The notes beneath the pieces are model-generated. The model ran no database searches and had not been told where the DNA came from. It worked only from the letters and a program-made list of their open reading frames with translations. A DNA stretch of 64,000 nucleotides from Takakia lepidozioides (Eukaryota; Plantae; Bryophyta), in NCBI GenBank assembly GCA_030704615.1, contig CM060731.1, forward strand, positions 64,666,001 to 64,730,000, in the 5' to 3' direction. Both the position numbers and the translations under genes were made by a program. Numbering within the stretch: the stretch's first letter is position 1; the number at the start of each line of letters is the position of its first letter. Below, piece by piece: positions 27,684 through 41,365 of the stretch.

Positions 27684-28240
27684 TATCAGACTTCGAATAG
27701 GCTCCACTTGCCTTCGTACAGGATCCAGACGAGGAAGTATGCGTCGCATTGGTGGCCCATCGTCTCGAGAGCGTCGGCGTGATGTTGAAGGTCGTGAGAG
27801 TCGGAACAGCTAATTTGGTAGTTGGGTAAGCGACAACTCCAATATATCTAGTTCTTGTAACTCCATGTTGCCAATACAAGATGCAAGAGTACTGGAAGTG
27901 TAGCTATATATACTGATGTGTGGTGCTCCTCCATCCTTAGCGTGTATCAGGTACATTGAATGTGGAGTCTTCACTTGAAGCTAACTTGGCTGACATCATC
28001 GTTGTGACATCTTATTGACGTGTAGCTCGGGGCTTAGCTGGATATCGTTGATGAAACTCTTGGACTTTGTCAGATGCATTGGCGAGGTTGGATGAAGGTT
28101 CCCACGTTTGTTCGTTGATGTCGTAGCTTTTCCAATGTACGAAATACTCAAGACGTTTATACTTGATGCGAGAGTCTAAGACTTCGTCGACTTCATACTC
28201 AATTTCCTGATTGATTTCGATTGGTGGAGGTGGTACGGAG

Positions 28241-28812
28241 CAGTGTTGGGATGATACCCTTTTTGTGCCATTATACCCTGAGGGTAAAACCCAATAAGGG
28301 TATATGGATATATCCTACCCTGGAAATTCCAAAATACCCTTACCCTACCCTTATCAGGCTTATCAGGGGTAATTATTTTTGTTATACCCTTAATGGATTA
28401 TACCCTGGGGTTTGAAATTTCGAATGATACCCTTACCCTGAGGTAAATATGTTCAATGGTCGGGTAATAGGGAAGGGTATAATAATTTGATTACTAGGGG
28501 TTTAGGTTTAGGTGTGGTATTTGCTAGTAGAGAGGACAAACATTAGTTTTTTTTTACCCTTTATAATTACCTTGGGATATCCTGAGGATATTAAAATGGT
28601 ACCATTATCCTGCAATTACCCTTACCTTCATGGTATATGTGGCACCCAATACCCTTACCCTGAGGATAAATGTTTACTAAAACTTTATATATACCCTTGC
28701 CCGGAGGGTAAATGTTTTCAAAAAATAGATTATTGAGGATAAGTTTGACCCCCAAAATCATGTATACCCTTATCCTGAGGGTAGAAAAAATCAATATACC
28801 CTCCCAACACTG
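28241..28812. mobile_element. Non-autonomous hAT-like MITE inserted in the chromovirus integrase/chromodomain linker
   Basis: TIRs CAGTGTTGGGA ... TCCCAACACTG; perfect 8-bp TSD GTACGGAG (28233-28240, 28813-28820); many TACCCT/AGGGTA subterminal motifs. Confidence 0.92.
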
Positions 28813-29796
28813 GTACGGAGACTCTTCGGAATATTCGATGGATGATACAACTCCAATAATGAAACATGAAAGACTGGATGGATGCGCATACTTCGTGGGA
28901 GTTCAAACCGAAAACTGACCGGATTTATTTGTCGAATAATTTTGAATGGTCCCAAGCGTTGATAATCCAACTTCATTGGTGGTCGCGAGGTTTGTATGTC
29001 CTGTCGAAAAAGCCACACATGATCTCCGACATTGAACTAGGGTTGGAGTTGGCGATGTTGATCTGCATATTCCTTGTATTGTTTTTGAGCTTCTGCGAGG
29101 TGAAATATAAGCTCCTTGTGAATCGTAGCAAGATGAGTAGCAAGGTTTTCTACAGCGGGGCTTCCAGCAGTCGTTATGTGGAAAGGGTTTGCTCGAGGAT
29201 GATGACCATAATTGGAGAAAAATGGAGTTTGTTTGGTCGAAGCATGTATAGTATTGTTGTAGGCAAACTCAGTCAATGACAGAAGGTCCGTCCAATTATC
29301 TTGGTGATAATTTATCGTACAGCGAAGATATTGCTCTAAAATCTGGTTTACACGTTCACTTTGACCATCAGTCTGTGGATGATTAGCTGTAGAGAGGTTG
29401 ATCTTAATATCCAATATGTAAAATAATCCCCTCCAGAAATTTGAAATGAACTGTGGTCCTCGATCAGATACGATGTCCTTCGGGAGTCCATGAATGTGGT
29501 AGATATTATTTTTCCTCGCCGGTAACCGTCTTATTACATAGAATGAAATGTGTCATCTTCGTAAAACGATATACAATAACAAGGATTGAATTGGTGGTCT
29601 TGGAAATTAGAAGGTCCGTAATAAAGTCCATAGACACGGACGACCGTGGACCCTTGGAAATGGGTAATGGTTAAAGAAGGTCGTAAGGTCAATGTCGTGG
29701 TCCCTTCGCTCTAACATACGTGTCGCAAGATTTTATAAATTCTTTCACGACTTTCCACATCTGCGGCCACCAATAGTCCCTGGATATCAATTCCAT

Positions 29797-32700
29797 TTCA
29801 TCCCGTCGATGTGCATTTGCATACTGATTTTGGCAATTTTTGGCAACCATCAGCTTCTCTTTAGCTTGACGTACTCCCCGTCGAATTTGTTGCACAAATG
29901 CTTAGTGACGGCTACCTTGGACAACTCCTCATTTGGTAACTTGAACTTTGTAAGAGTTGTTGGCACATTTGGGTGTTCACCATAAATTAAAAAGAAATGA
30001 GTTTATTTCGTTGACGCGTTGATCGAGTTATTGTATGAAAATTCTACCAATGGTAATAACCAATCCCGCTCTTCTTGTTCTTCTAACATAAATGCCTGCA
30101 ACATGTCTTCAATTGTACGATTCACTCGCTCTGTCTGTCTATCTGACTCCCGATGATAGGCTGAACATTGACATAGCTAATTTGATTTTAAAAAGACCAA
30201 ATAATTTTTTCCAAAACAAGCTAGTAAATTGGGTACCTCTGTCAGTAATAGGAACTTTAGATAGCCCATGATGAGAATAGACCGCTTCCAGATATAGTCG
30301 AGCTAGTTCAGGTGCAGTGACGGATTTTCTAGTGGGACGGATGTGTATCATCTTACTCAATTTGTCTACAAAGACCACTATAGTCACTATAGTGTCGTAT
30401 CCCGATGAGGTTTGAGGTAACTCATAAACTAAATTTATGCTCATATGTTCCCAACGTCTGTTTGGTACTGGTAGTGGTTGTAAAAGACATGCTGGCTTGC
30501 GGTTTGTTGACTGGCAACTTCGAACGTACGTCTCCACCTCATCTCGCATCCGTGACCAATAAAATGTTCATTTCAGTTGTTCGAATGTTTTTTCAACTCC
30601 AACATGTCCTGCTATCACCGTATTATGAGCTTCAAACAAAACTTCTCTCTTCAATGCAGGTTCATCAAGGATCAAAACTTTACCTTCCTTAAATACCAAC
30701 CCTCGAACTTATGTCACTTTGCCCTTCTTCTTAGCGTATACGATTTCCCTATTATCTTTAGAAGCCGTCGCTATCTTGTTCCACCAATCGGGTAGAATGT
30801 TGATCTCTGTCAATATGTTCATGCACGACATCTTTGTCATTGCATCCGCCAGTTGTCGTTTTCCCTCCACATAGACGATCTTCATGCTAAATTGTTGTCG
30901 CAACTCCGCCCAACGAATCTGTCTCTTCGATATATCTTTCTGTGTCTCCAAGTACACCAACGGTTTATGGTCTATCTCCACTATGAACTTTTTGTCTCCA
31001 AGATAGTGTTTCCAATGTTTTGTAGCCAAAACAATAGCCAATTCTTCTCGTTCGGTTGTATGATAATTTTGTTCCAGATGTAATAATTTGCGAGAAAAAT
31101 ATGCCACTGGGTGTCATCCATCTTTCCATTCTTGTTGTAACACCCTACCCACTGCTAAACCTGACGCATCTACCAAGAGCTTGATTAGTCTTGTCGGATC
31201 ATACCATTTCAAGATCGGGGCATAAAACAACGCATTCTTCAAGGCCTGAAATGTTAATTCCTCTTCTGTAGCTCACTTCCATATAATTCCTTAGCCCAAA
31301 AGATTTGTCAATGGTTGGGCAATCTTCGAAAATGCCCATATAAATCATCTATAGAATTCGGTAAGGCCAAGAAAACTCCTTAATTTGTAATGTCTTCAGG
31401 GGCTATCCACTGCTGAATAGCTTCTATTTTCTCACTCATCACCTCAATTTTCTTCTTATTCACGTGATGCCCAATATAATCTACTTCTTGTTTTTCAAAC
31501 TCACATTTAGATGCTTTGGCATATAGCTGATTCTCACGAAGAACTTGTAATATTTGTTTGAGGTGGTTTCTATGTTTCACAAGGCTGTTATTATAGATCA
31601 AAATATCATCTAAAAAAACTATCACAAATTTATCTAAGAATGGGCGGAAGATATCATTCATGAGGCCCATGAATGTGGCTTGGGCATTGGTGAAACCAAA
31701 TGGCATAACCATATATTCAAAATGTCTATATCTAGTGCGAAAGGCGGTTTTATATACATATTTATCAGCGACTCGAATTTGGTTGTATTCACTCCTCAAA
31801 TCAAGCTTCGTAAAATATTTTACTCCTTGCAGTTGGTCAAATAGATCGTCCATGCATGGTAACGGGTACTTGTTCTTCACTGTCTGCTGGTTGAGTACTC
31901 GATGATTAATGTACATGCGCATTGCTCCATCTTTTTTTCTTCACAAACAATACCGGCACTCCATACGGGGATACACTTGGTCTTATAAAACCTTTTGATA
32001 GTAGGTCCTGACTTGAGCCTTACATTCTTCCAACTCATTTGGTGCTAATCGATAAGAGATTTTACAAGAAGGAGTACTACTTGGAACAACCTCAATCTTA
32101 TGATCTACTCTTCTCTTTGGCGGAAGTTGTGCTGGTAGGTTATCTGGAAAAACATCTTTGAACTCTTTCAATACACTCTGTAATTCTATAAAGACCTCAC
32201 TCATGTCTTTTTTTGGATTTTCCACGTCTCTTATTAAACCTTCAAATAATACGTCTTTCTTACATATAGTTATAGTACCTATAACAAATGATGGTAGGTT
32301 TCGATATGATGTTCTCACTCGATCTCCTCATATTTTCCAATTCTGGGTTTGACTATCTTTCGACGTCAATCAACATCGGGTTTCTGAGATTCCATCCAAG
32401 GCATGCCTAATATTACGTCATATCGAGCCAGTGTGACCACTCGTCACTCTAAGGTTTCTCTATATTTACCGATTGATAACTCTATGCTTTTAGGTAGTGT
32501 CTCAATGACCTCTGTATGTCCATTTGACATTTCTACTTCATCTCTTTCCCGATTGATAACTCTAGGCTTTTAGGTAGTATCTCAATGGCCTCTGTATGTC
32601 CATTTGGCATTTCTACTTCATCTCGTTCATCATTTTCTAAGGGGAGTCCTAGTTTCAAGGCAACCTTTCTAGATAAGAAGTTCTATGTTGCTCCAGGGTT

Positions 32701-34440
32701 TATCAACACTATCACATGAATATCTTATAAGGTTTCGTCTGCCACAATTAACTGCGTCTCTTTCTTGCCCACATGATTGATTTATCTCTTCTCCTTGTAT
32801 GGTCCCTCGCCTTTCCTCTTCTTTATAGAACCAGTAAGACCGCGAGGTCTACTTACTGGTTGTCATCGTTTTCCTGCTCATTGTGATGTTCGTTATCTTC
32901 TCCTCTCTTTAAACTGTTAAGAGGTCTTCGATAAGTTTGTCGATTGTACTTTTCACTTCGGCAGTTGGCCACAAGATGTCCGTATTTTCCACAGTTGTAA
33001 CATTGTCTAGTTTCTCTTTGTTCTTCTGTTCGTGAGAATGTTGAGGAGGTCACATCATTGTTATTCTTCATTCGTCATTGTGTGTAATCTTCCACATATC
33101 TGATTTCCGGCCTATTTCTTTTAGAGTATTGGAAGTGATCCCGTTCAAAATTGGACTTGAAGATTAAAAAATCTTCAATGTAATTTTGCACACTCCCGCG
33201 TTGTTCCAAAATCCATAATCTCATTCGAGCAGTTGTAACAGCATCTACTACCTTGAATTGTTGGAGCAGTCTCGCTTTCAAGGTGCTCCATAATAAAGGT
33301 TCTCTTTTTGCAATCTGTCTTCTCTCCAATGTCTGTAACCATGTTGAAGCATTGTTCATTGTCCGCCATCTTGCTCCACTACTCCTTCCTTCGTGGTGTT
33401 TGTCTTCTAAGATTAATGTATACTATCTCTATTCTCTTATCCTAATACAGTATATAAATAGTGCAATCCCAAACCATCCCGTACGTGACTATTGGTAATA
33501 CAAAAGGGACGTTTGAACTCATGACAAAGTTCATGAATTTTACTCCAAATTCTGCAACTAAAAATCTTATACACATATGTATACATTCCAATTTCTAATT
33601 ATAGGAAAGACGACATGTCGTGAGTTTTGTAATATTTCTTGATATTGTTCCTCTCCAAATCTCTGTACTATCGTATCTCTAATTTCTGCCTTACGACGAC
33701 ATATATAATTTTAAACTCACACTCTGAAGGAAAATCACGGAAATGAGGTTGATTTAAGTCCATAAAATTTTTATACTATCGTTATGACACATCATCACTA
33801 CTACCTATTCAACACTTAAAAATATTAACAACAAAAATTTCTTAAAAAAACATCTTAATCGAATCATTATAAAGAGGGTATTCACTCCCAACTTTAAGAA
33901 AGACGAGGCTCTGATACCATTGTAACACCCAGGATCTATACAAACTAGAATAGAAGTACTTCTCAACTTTTTCCTCGATGTCTTCTAGGCTTTCATTGCA
34001 TGTTTATATATCTTTCACAATATTGATTATTTTGAGGGTTTGACTTGAGAGCCTCAAGTCAAAAACTTCATAAAGTCAACCTTCTTAGGTTTGACAATTC
34101 TCTTCAAGATGACTTTATCACACATTTGACCTACTCTCCATAATATAAATATCTTATAGGTTTGACTTGAGAGCCTTAAGTCAAACTTCCTAGGAACCTT
34201 CCTAGTTATTTTGAAAACTTCTAGGAAACTTTCTTCCTCCATCTAAAACCTTCTAGATTTTATCATGTTAGTTGCGATCTGGTAGACAGAAGTTCATGTC
34301 TGGTTCGCGAGAGCCACTCGGGCCGTTTGGCAGAGGCATGCCTGATGTAAGTGGGGAATCAGACAACCTCCAGGTAATGTCTTGATTGATGAAGTTTCTT
34401 TGGACTCTGGTAATTTTAAAGAGGACTTAGGACTATTACA
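29797..34440 (-). mobile_element. Nested Ty3/gypsy element D (tRNA-iMet primed), 3'-truncated
   Basis: 5' LTR TGTAATAG...TGTTACA (34440-33921); PBS TGGTATCAGAGC (33919-33908); gag knuckle CYNCGKYGHLVANC; RT KYPLP...VMPFG...FLDDILIY; RNase H; integrase. Ends abruptly at YANAHRRDE with no 3' LTR. Confidence 0.9.
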
Positions 34441-37400
34441 TGATGATGGTATTGTGATGATAGATAAGGAGGGCTCTATTATTTTTGTTGAAGCTGAAAT
34501 GTCCTGCAGCCGGAAGATCATGACATGTTTGAAGAATTCGAAGTCGTGTAGGTCCTACAGGTACATAGACAAGTCCCTTGAAATAAAGTAAGTCATCTTT
34601 GAATTCAAAGTCGTTTGTAACATGTGGGTTGTCTCGAGGTTGATTTAGTTGACTTTGTAATGTCGTAGCAAATTGGTCGCTCTTCAGTGCTTTCTGAATC
34701 TCCTTCATGATCTCTGCATCGTCATAGGTGGACATGGATAGTATATTCAATTGGAGATTTGCTGGTTTCAAGATGATGGATTTCTGTTGGTCGAAAGTTG
34801 TTTTTTTTTTTTTCGGCGCAAGGTACGATCGTCGAGAAAGAGCATCGGGTTTCCCTTGAAGATGTCCGGGGCGATAGGTAATAACAAAATCAAACCTTGC
34901 TAGTGACATACCCCATCTGGCTTGATGTCGATTCAAAACACGAGCACTCATAAAATATTCGAGGTTTTTGTGATCGGTGTAGACAGTGACCTGATGTTTA
35001 GCTCCCACCAGTAGATGACGTCACTCCTCAAAAGCATCGATGATCGCTAGAAGTTCTTTGTCATGGATTTTATAATTGATATGCAACGAAAAATTTGCGA
35101 AAACGAAAACCAACAGGGTGAAGTCGGCCATTCGTACCGTATTGAGAGAGTATAGTGTCAAGTGCAAAGTCCGATGCATCTGCTCCAAGAAGAATGATTT
35201 AGATGGGTTTGCATGTACCAGTATTGGAGCCGTTGTAAATGTCTGCTTCAGTATTTCAAATGTCTGATCAGTCTTCTCGTCCCATACAAATTTGTCCTTC
35301 CTTGTGAGTCGTGTCAATGGTGCAGCAATTTTGGAGTAGTCATTGATGAAGTTTCTATAGAAATTTGCAAAGCCCAGAAAACATTATACATATCTCGGAC
35401 CGAAGTTGGTTTAATCCACTCGATGATGGTTTGTATTTTCTTTTGATCCATAAAGACGCATTTGTCGGAAATAATGTAGCCCAGAAATTCAACCTCAGAT
35501 TGATGGAAAAGACATTTCTCCAACTTGGCATATAGTCCTCTTTCTCTTAATTTATCAAGGACAAGGCGTACATGGCGGCCATGTTCTTCTTCATTCTATG
35601 AAAATATCAAAATGTCGTCCAAATAGATAACTACAAAGTCATCTACAAATTCTCGAAAGATGTCATTCATCATATGTTGGAAAATTGTTGGAGCATTTGT
35701 AAGACCGAAAAGCATAACACTGTATTCAAAATGTCCATACCTTGTTCGAAAAGTTGTTTGCATTCATCTCCTTCTTTTATCCGTGCAAGGTTATCAGTCC
35801 TCTCAAGTCAATTTTGGTGAAAATCTTCGTTCGTCCCAGCTGGTCGAGAAACCCAAAAATCAGCGACAACGGATAACGATTCTTGATTGTGACTTTGTTG
35901 AAACCGCGATAGTCGACACACATGCGTAATGATCTGTCCTTCTATTTCACAAACAAGATAGGCGTCCCCGCAGGTGATTTTGAATGTCAGATGAAGTGTT
36001 TCGACAAATTTTCATCAATGTATTCACGTAATGCAGCCGACTCCGTCTGGGATAAGTTATAGATTGGGCCGAATGGTGGTTGGGCTCGTTCTTGTAACTC
36101 AATTGCATAGTCATAAGGTCAATGTTCTGGCAATATGTCTGCATTTTTCTTCTCGAAGACTCTTTGCAATCTTGATATTGAATAGGTAATGTTGAAGTAC
36201 CTTTGTCTGTTGTGGTCTTGATCGGAGTCGCATAAAGTGCAAATGCCGCCTCCTTTTTGGTAGCTCTCATGAAAGCTCTAGCTCCAAGGAGCAGGGGTTG
36301 AATACCTTTGATATTTCTACATTTTTGTCTTACAAAAGTTTTTCGCGATCGCCAGTCGATGTCGAGATTGTGAAGTACGAACCAGGGAAGTCCAAGGATC
36401 ACATGATTCGTTGGAGACTGGATGACGTTGAAAATAATATGTGATGCTTGATCTTTAAAGTTCACTTCAAGTTTCATGGTCCACATTTCCTGATGCTGAC
36501 GGTCGTCCATCGATCACTTCAACGGGGGCCGAGAGTTTCTTCTTTACGAGCGTTAAATTGTGTTGCTTCGCAAAGTTTTTGTCCATAAAACAGCCTGAAG
36601 CCCCTGAGTCCAAAAGTGCTTCTACAGAGATATTTCGATTTTGCACTCTGATTTTTACCGGAACTGTGAAGCAAGGTGCATGGTCTGGAGGTAGAAATAG
36701 ACATTTTTTCGGTAAGGAATCTGTGGTGTTCAGCTGCATGGTCCCTACTGTGACTGGACATCTTCGTTTTCCGACCTCCTCGTATCGAACACTTGAGTTG
36801 TGCCCCGAGCTTTGAATCTTCTCTTGTTGGGGCATTTTAATGGTATGTGATCTTCTTCTCCACAATAGAGGCATAACCCATTCAAGCACCGTCTTTGGTT
36901 TTCTTGTAGCGTCAATGGCTTGAATCGGACAGCATCAATTTGTATATGATCACTACCAGATGTCTGATGGATCGTTGTGTTTGGTGCCGTAGTAACAGTG
37001 ACATGATGCGTCATTGATCATCCAGATCGCTTCTCTTGACGTCTTTCGAACAAACGATTACCGCGAGCAATGACTTGGGTGATGAATTCACTCAGTGTGC
37101 TCACGTTTGACATTGTCAGCAACAAATCATTTTCATTATCTTTTAGCCCACATCAAAACTGACTAATGAGGCTCTTCTCATTCCAGTCGAGGTCGCACGC
37201 AAGTTATCAAAATTCGGCAGCATAAACGGAAGCAGGACGTGCTCCTTGTCGAAGATTTCGCATTTTTGTCCCTGCAACTCTCTCTCTATCATTCTCTCCA
37301 TACGTTGCAGTGAACTCGGACATGAATGCTTCAAAATTATATAGTAAATGCGGATTTTTTTTTCTAATAACAACCTGCAAACCAAGATAGGGCAGTGTCT

Positions 37401-38663
37401 GAGGGTACCCACGAATCCCACTTGAATACCTTCATCGGGGTAGCATTGTGGATGTAGTCGTAGGAACAGTCGTACTTGTTGAACAAAACCGCGAAATCTT
37501 GATCTCGTCCCATCAAATTTCTCGGGCATACTGATCTTTGGTTCTCTCGTAATCTGTTGAAGAGGAACCGTTGCAGTAGGAGTTGTTGCATTAGGAACTC
37601 GTATGATTGAAGATCCATTGTTCGACTCCTTAAACTCTGAAATTTGTTGTTGCAAATTGTGGAGAGCGTTACCAAGATCTTGAGATTGGTCAGCTTGCAA
37701 TGGGGCAGTAGAGGTACGAAGTTCTTGCATCTGGAGCTGAAGCACTAAAAGAAAAACGCGGAATAACCACTCTGTTAACCACTCATTTTGAGTGGTAAAA
37801 GACACTAAACCACTCTGGCCCTAGAGTCATGAAGAACCAGTGCATTAGGACAAATGAGTGGTAAAAGACATTACGTGGCACCGGTGGTTAAGGTCCGTTT
37901 TGTAGTGGAGATGTGTAAGCCGGTGGTGGTCCGTGGATGATATTGGAGATTATGTCGACACGTGGCGACACTCTCAGCATGGACACGTGTCGTGTGTCAG
38001 TGCTACGAAATGGATGGAGTGAAATTCAAGGACTTCCGAAACCACTTGTTGAGTGATCACAAAATGACTCATAGAGTCATTCTATGAAAACGGAGAATAT
38101 ACAATATCACTCACAGAGTGGTTATGTAAGTGGATGACGTCTCTCAATAGATTATTGGAATGATTATCCACAGAGTGGTGTGTAAGCTATTTGAGTCATT
38201 CATGGTGTCTCTCTGAGTGGGAACTATGGATTGGAGTGATTACTAACAGAGTGATGTGTAAGTGATTAGGAATACCACTGGAGGAATTCACACTAGTACA
38301 ATAATATATATGTGACTACTTATACCACTATACGAGTGGTAATGTAGGCAATTGTGTGCATTTGGCTACTCCCACAGTTTTAAATTATATCACTATTACA
38401 GTGATGTGCAAGTGATTATGAACATGACTAGAGGAATACATACCACTAGTATAGTGAAAGAAGTACCGTTGGGGATTCAAGCTCCACAAAATAGACTAGA
38501 ATCCCAGAGAGTCAAGTGTTGGAACACTATCAACAAAATCCAGCCATGATAAAAGTCTGAGCCTAACTTCTACACGGCGTCTCCACATGCATGCTAGGAA
38601 CACTGAACTGTTTTCCTGCCTTCTTCTCACTGCCAGCAATGTCTATGCCCGGGCAAACGAAAT

Positions 38664-38935
38664 CTAAGCCCTCTTCATGTTCTTCTCTGGCCAAAGACAA
38701 TTCAGACCGACGACATCCTCCAACATTGTTTGCGGTGGGACCTCTTCCTCGTTAGGGGTGAGGCAAGACACAATTGGCAATATAGATATCATTCACCTCA
38801 ACCCGCCACAATCCTTCAGGTATAACACGGCAGTGATATGTGTCTTTGCCAGGCACACCAGTGACAATTCCACTAGCAGCCTTGTGTTGTGGTAAATGAG
38901 GATCATACATGCTGATTTTGTCCTTCAACTTAAAC
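38664..38935 (-). pseudogene. CACTA TnpA-like (Tnp1/En/Spm-type) C-terminal exon, frameshifted
   Basis: AASGIVTGVPGKDTYHCRVIPEGLWRVEVNDIYIANCVLPHP/NEEEVPPQTMLEDVVGLNCLWPEK resembles the C-terminal domain of CACTA accessory proteins; 1-nt frameshift at ~38755. Confidence 0.7.
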
Positions 38936-39789
38936 TACACACAACACCCACCATAAAACCCACATTAATCAACCCATGAAGACTTACATGTACATTGAAA
39001 ACTAGATAATGAGGACCGTCCGGTATAAGCAATCACTCAAAGTGCACAGTAGTTTTGGTAGCATAAGAATATCTGCCACTGTGGCAGGGGGTTGATATTT
39101 GGGGGTAGCCTTTGAAGGCGCCGTAGTTGGTGCACTGTCGGTGGCAATATCAAGAGTGGCTTTCTCAGCCTACAAACATCACGCCCAACACCCCTTCGCA
39201 GTTACATTTAGCAATGCATCTACTAATAGTTTGAAGTACCCAACATGTAAATGGCCACATTGTACAGAACTGACAGCCAACAGGTGCATGCATGCTCACC
39301 TCTAGTACAAAAACTGCTGCATGGAGAGGTGCCTCCAGTTGCAGCCTAACACAAGCCCCTCTACCCCACAAAGTTAGCAATTATGGAAAATAACGTCAAC
39401 CAGGCAACGAGCAAGGTCGGCAGTTCGTGAACGCATACAAACCTTGGTCCAACGTGCCAAAAAAAAGTTTGGCATCCAATGGCGTGAATGCATGGAATGT
39501 CATGCTCTGGCGCCCTAGCATCGTCCCACATCCATTCAGTATTAAAACCCTAACACATGTTCTAACCCTTTGAAATTTAATCAATGGGTCAAGCCATACA
39601 TAGTCCAATTCGTAAGCCATTCATCTTTCTAACAAGGTTTCCAGGTCATTCACATTTAGGAAAGAACCTTGGTTTGATATATAACATTTACCATCACAAA
39701 AGCAGATTGCAGGTCTGGAGATAAATCTCCGGAACCAGGCTCAAAACATATCAGGTTCGAAATGAAACAATCAGCCACTCATGCCTTAA

Positions 39790-40145
39790 GTTCATGAAGT
39801 TTTTACCTCAATTGTCCCACCATTGACTGGGGTCACAAAAATATTCATTCCACAACTTCTCCTCGTCTCAGCTGTTACCTGTTTTTGGATACTTCCCTAT
39901 TGTCACATTGGCAGTACCATGTCAAAGTCGCTCCAAACTATCAAAGGCTCACTCAACCAGCTAACTTGCAGAATTCAACATGAAAATTTAGGGCCGATTC
40001 TGATAAAAGGGAAAAACAAGGTGAAATGTGTTGAAGAAGGTGCTTTCATTACTAGTGCCTGAGTTTATTGTGCCGCTGCTGCTGCGGCTTCTAGTTGACC
40101 AGTCACCATCTACCCATACAGGTTTCTTGTAGCTATTGATCCATC
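39790..40145 (-). pseudogene. OSB/PTAC9-type PDF-motif gene fragment (copy 2)
   Basis: WINSYKKPVWVDG..QLE (motif end), an intron-like spacer, then KYPKTGN..EEKLWNEYFCDPSQWWDN*GK (next motif start). Confidence 0.7.
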
Positions 40146-40760
40146 TGGTACATTTCCAGCTTTGGTGATGCAACCATGCACCTCTGATGCCCTTTTCCAG
40201 GGCTGCCAGGCTTGCACACGCACTGCAAACGCACACAAACATGATGTGGTCGAACTTCACCCCTTCCCCCATCATTTGCTTTCAGGTCTCCAAAGCCCCA
40301 TACAGCGCCCCTGCTCTGCACACCCTGCAAACATCACATTCCACAACACCACATCTCATTCAGCCATAGTGTTGAACACTCCCTTGGCATCCTCAATGCT
40401 ACCATATTTGGCATACATGGCCACCAGAGCAGTGTTCAGGATGACATTTGGAACAATTGCAGATTTGATCATGTCAACAGGGATCTCTTTGCCCTTTTCC
40501 AGGGCTGCCAGACTTACTGCAAACACACACAAACCTTATGTCGGCGGGCTTCACCCCTTCCCCCATCATTTGCTCATAGGTTGGAGCCTCCATCCCGCAC
40601 CCCTGCTGTGCATACCCCGCAAGCATCGCACTCCACGACACCACATCTCGTTCAGCCATAGTGTTGAGCACTCCCTTGGCATCCTCGATGCACCCACATT
40701 TGGCATACATGTCCACCAGGGCAGGGGCAGTGTTCATAATGACATCTGGTAATTTGACAA
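40146..40760 (-). pseudogene. PLS-class PPR repeat pseudogene (copy 2, ~2 triplets)
   Basis: ALVDMYAKCGCIEDAKGVLNTMAERDVVSWSAMLAGYAQQG...FVCVCSACASLAALEKG with frameshifts. Confidence 0.9.
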
Positions 40761-40809
40761 ACATTCTCCTTTTAGAATTGTTCCAGCAAATGCCCCAACC
40801 CTACTGACT

Positions 40810-41045
40810 TAGAGGTTGTAGTGTCCAAAGCCATGACCGTTTCCAGAAAATTGTCTGATGAAAATGAAGTTAGGCAGAAAACTTCCCTGGACTTTGTTTC
40901 CAGTCTGTGACATGGGGGAGGACATCATGGATGACCTCAAGGGTCTACCCACTCTCGGCACCAGACTGAAATTTAAACTAAGGGCAGGAATCCTACCTTT
41001 GAATAGCAAATAGAAGCAGAGAGGAAAGGGAGAGTGCAATTGCAC
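40810..41045 (+). mobile_element. Fragment of the same RTE-X-like LINE family inside the CACTA element
   Basis: Reverse-complement match to 16850-17060 (EDIMDDLKGLPTL..RLKFKLRAG..PLNSK). Confidence 0.85.
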
Positions 41046-41114
41046 CCAATTCAACTTATCACACTAGTTCCTATGGTCAATTGCATCTGCTACACTCTGT
41101 AATCTGACAAGCAT

Positions 41115-41365
41115 TCACCTTTTGCCTCGGTTGTCCCACCAGTTACTAGGGTCAGAAAAGTAGTCATCCCACAGCTTCTTCTCATATCTGTTACCTGTTT
41201 TTGGATACTTAGGGACGACTCTGATAGCAGGGGAATTCAGGGTGAAATATGTTGAAGAAGGTACCTTCATTAGCAGTGGGCCTTGTTCTATCAATTGCGC
41301 TGCTGCCATTGTTGTTTCCAGTTGACCATCTACCCACTCGTAGCCATTGTGCTATTTAAGAAGGT
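41115..41365 (-). pseudogene. OSB/PTAC9-type PDF-motif gene fragment (copy 1)
   Basis: ...EWVDGQLE..., then KYPKTGNRYEKKLWDDYFSDPSNWWDNRGK followed by a GT donor; LWxxxFxxPxxWWDNR is the start of the PDF motif. Confidence 0.75.
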
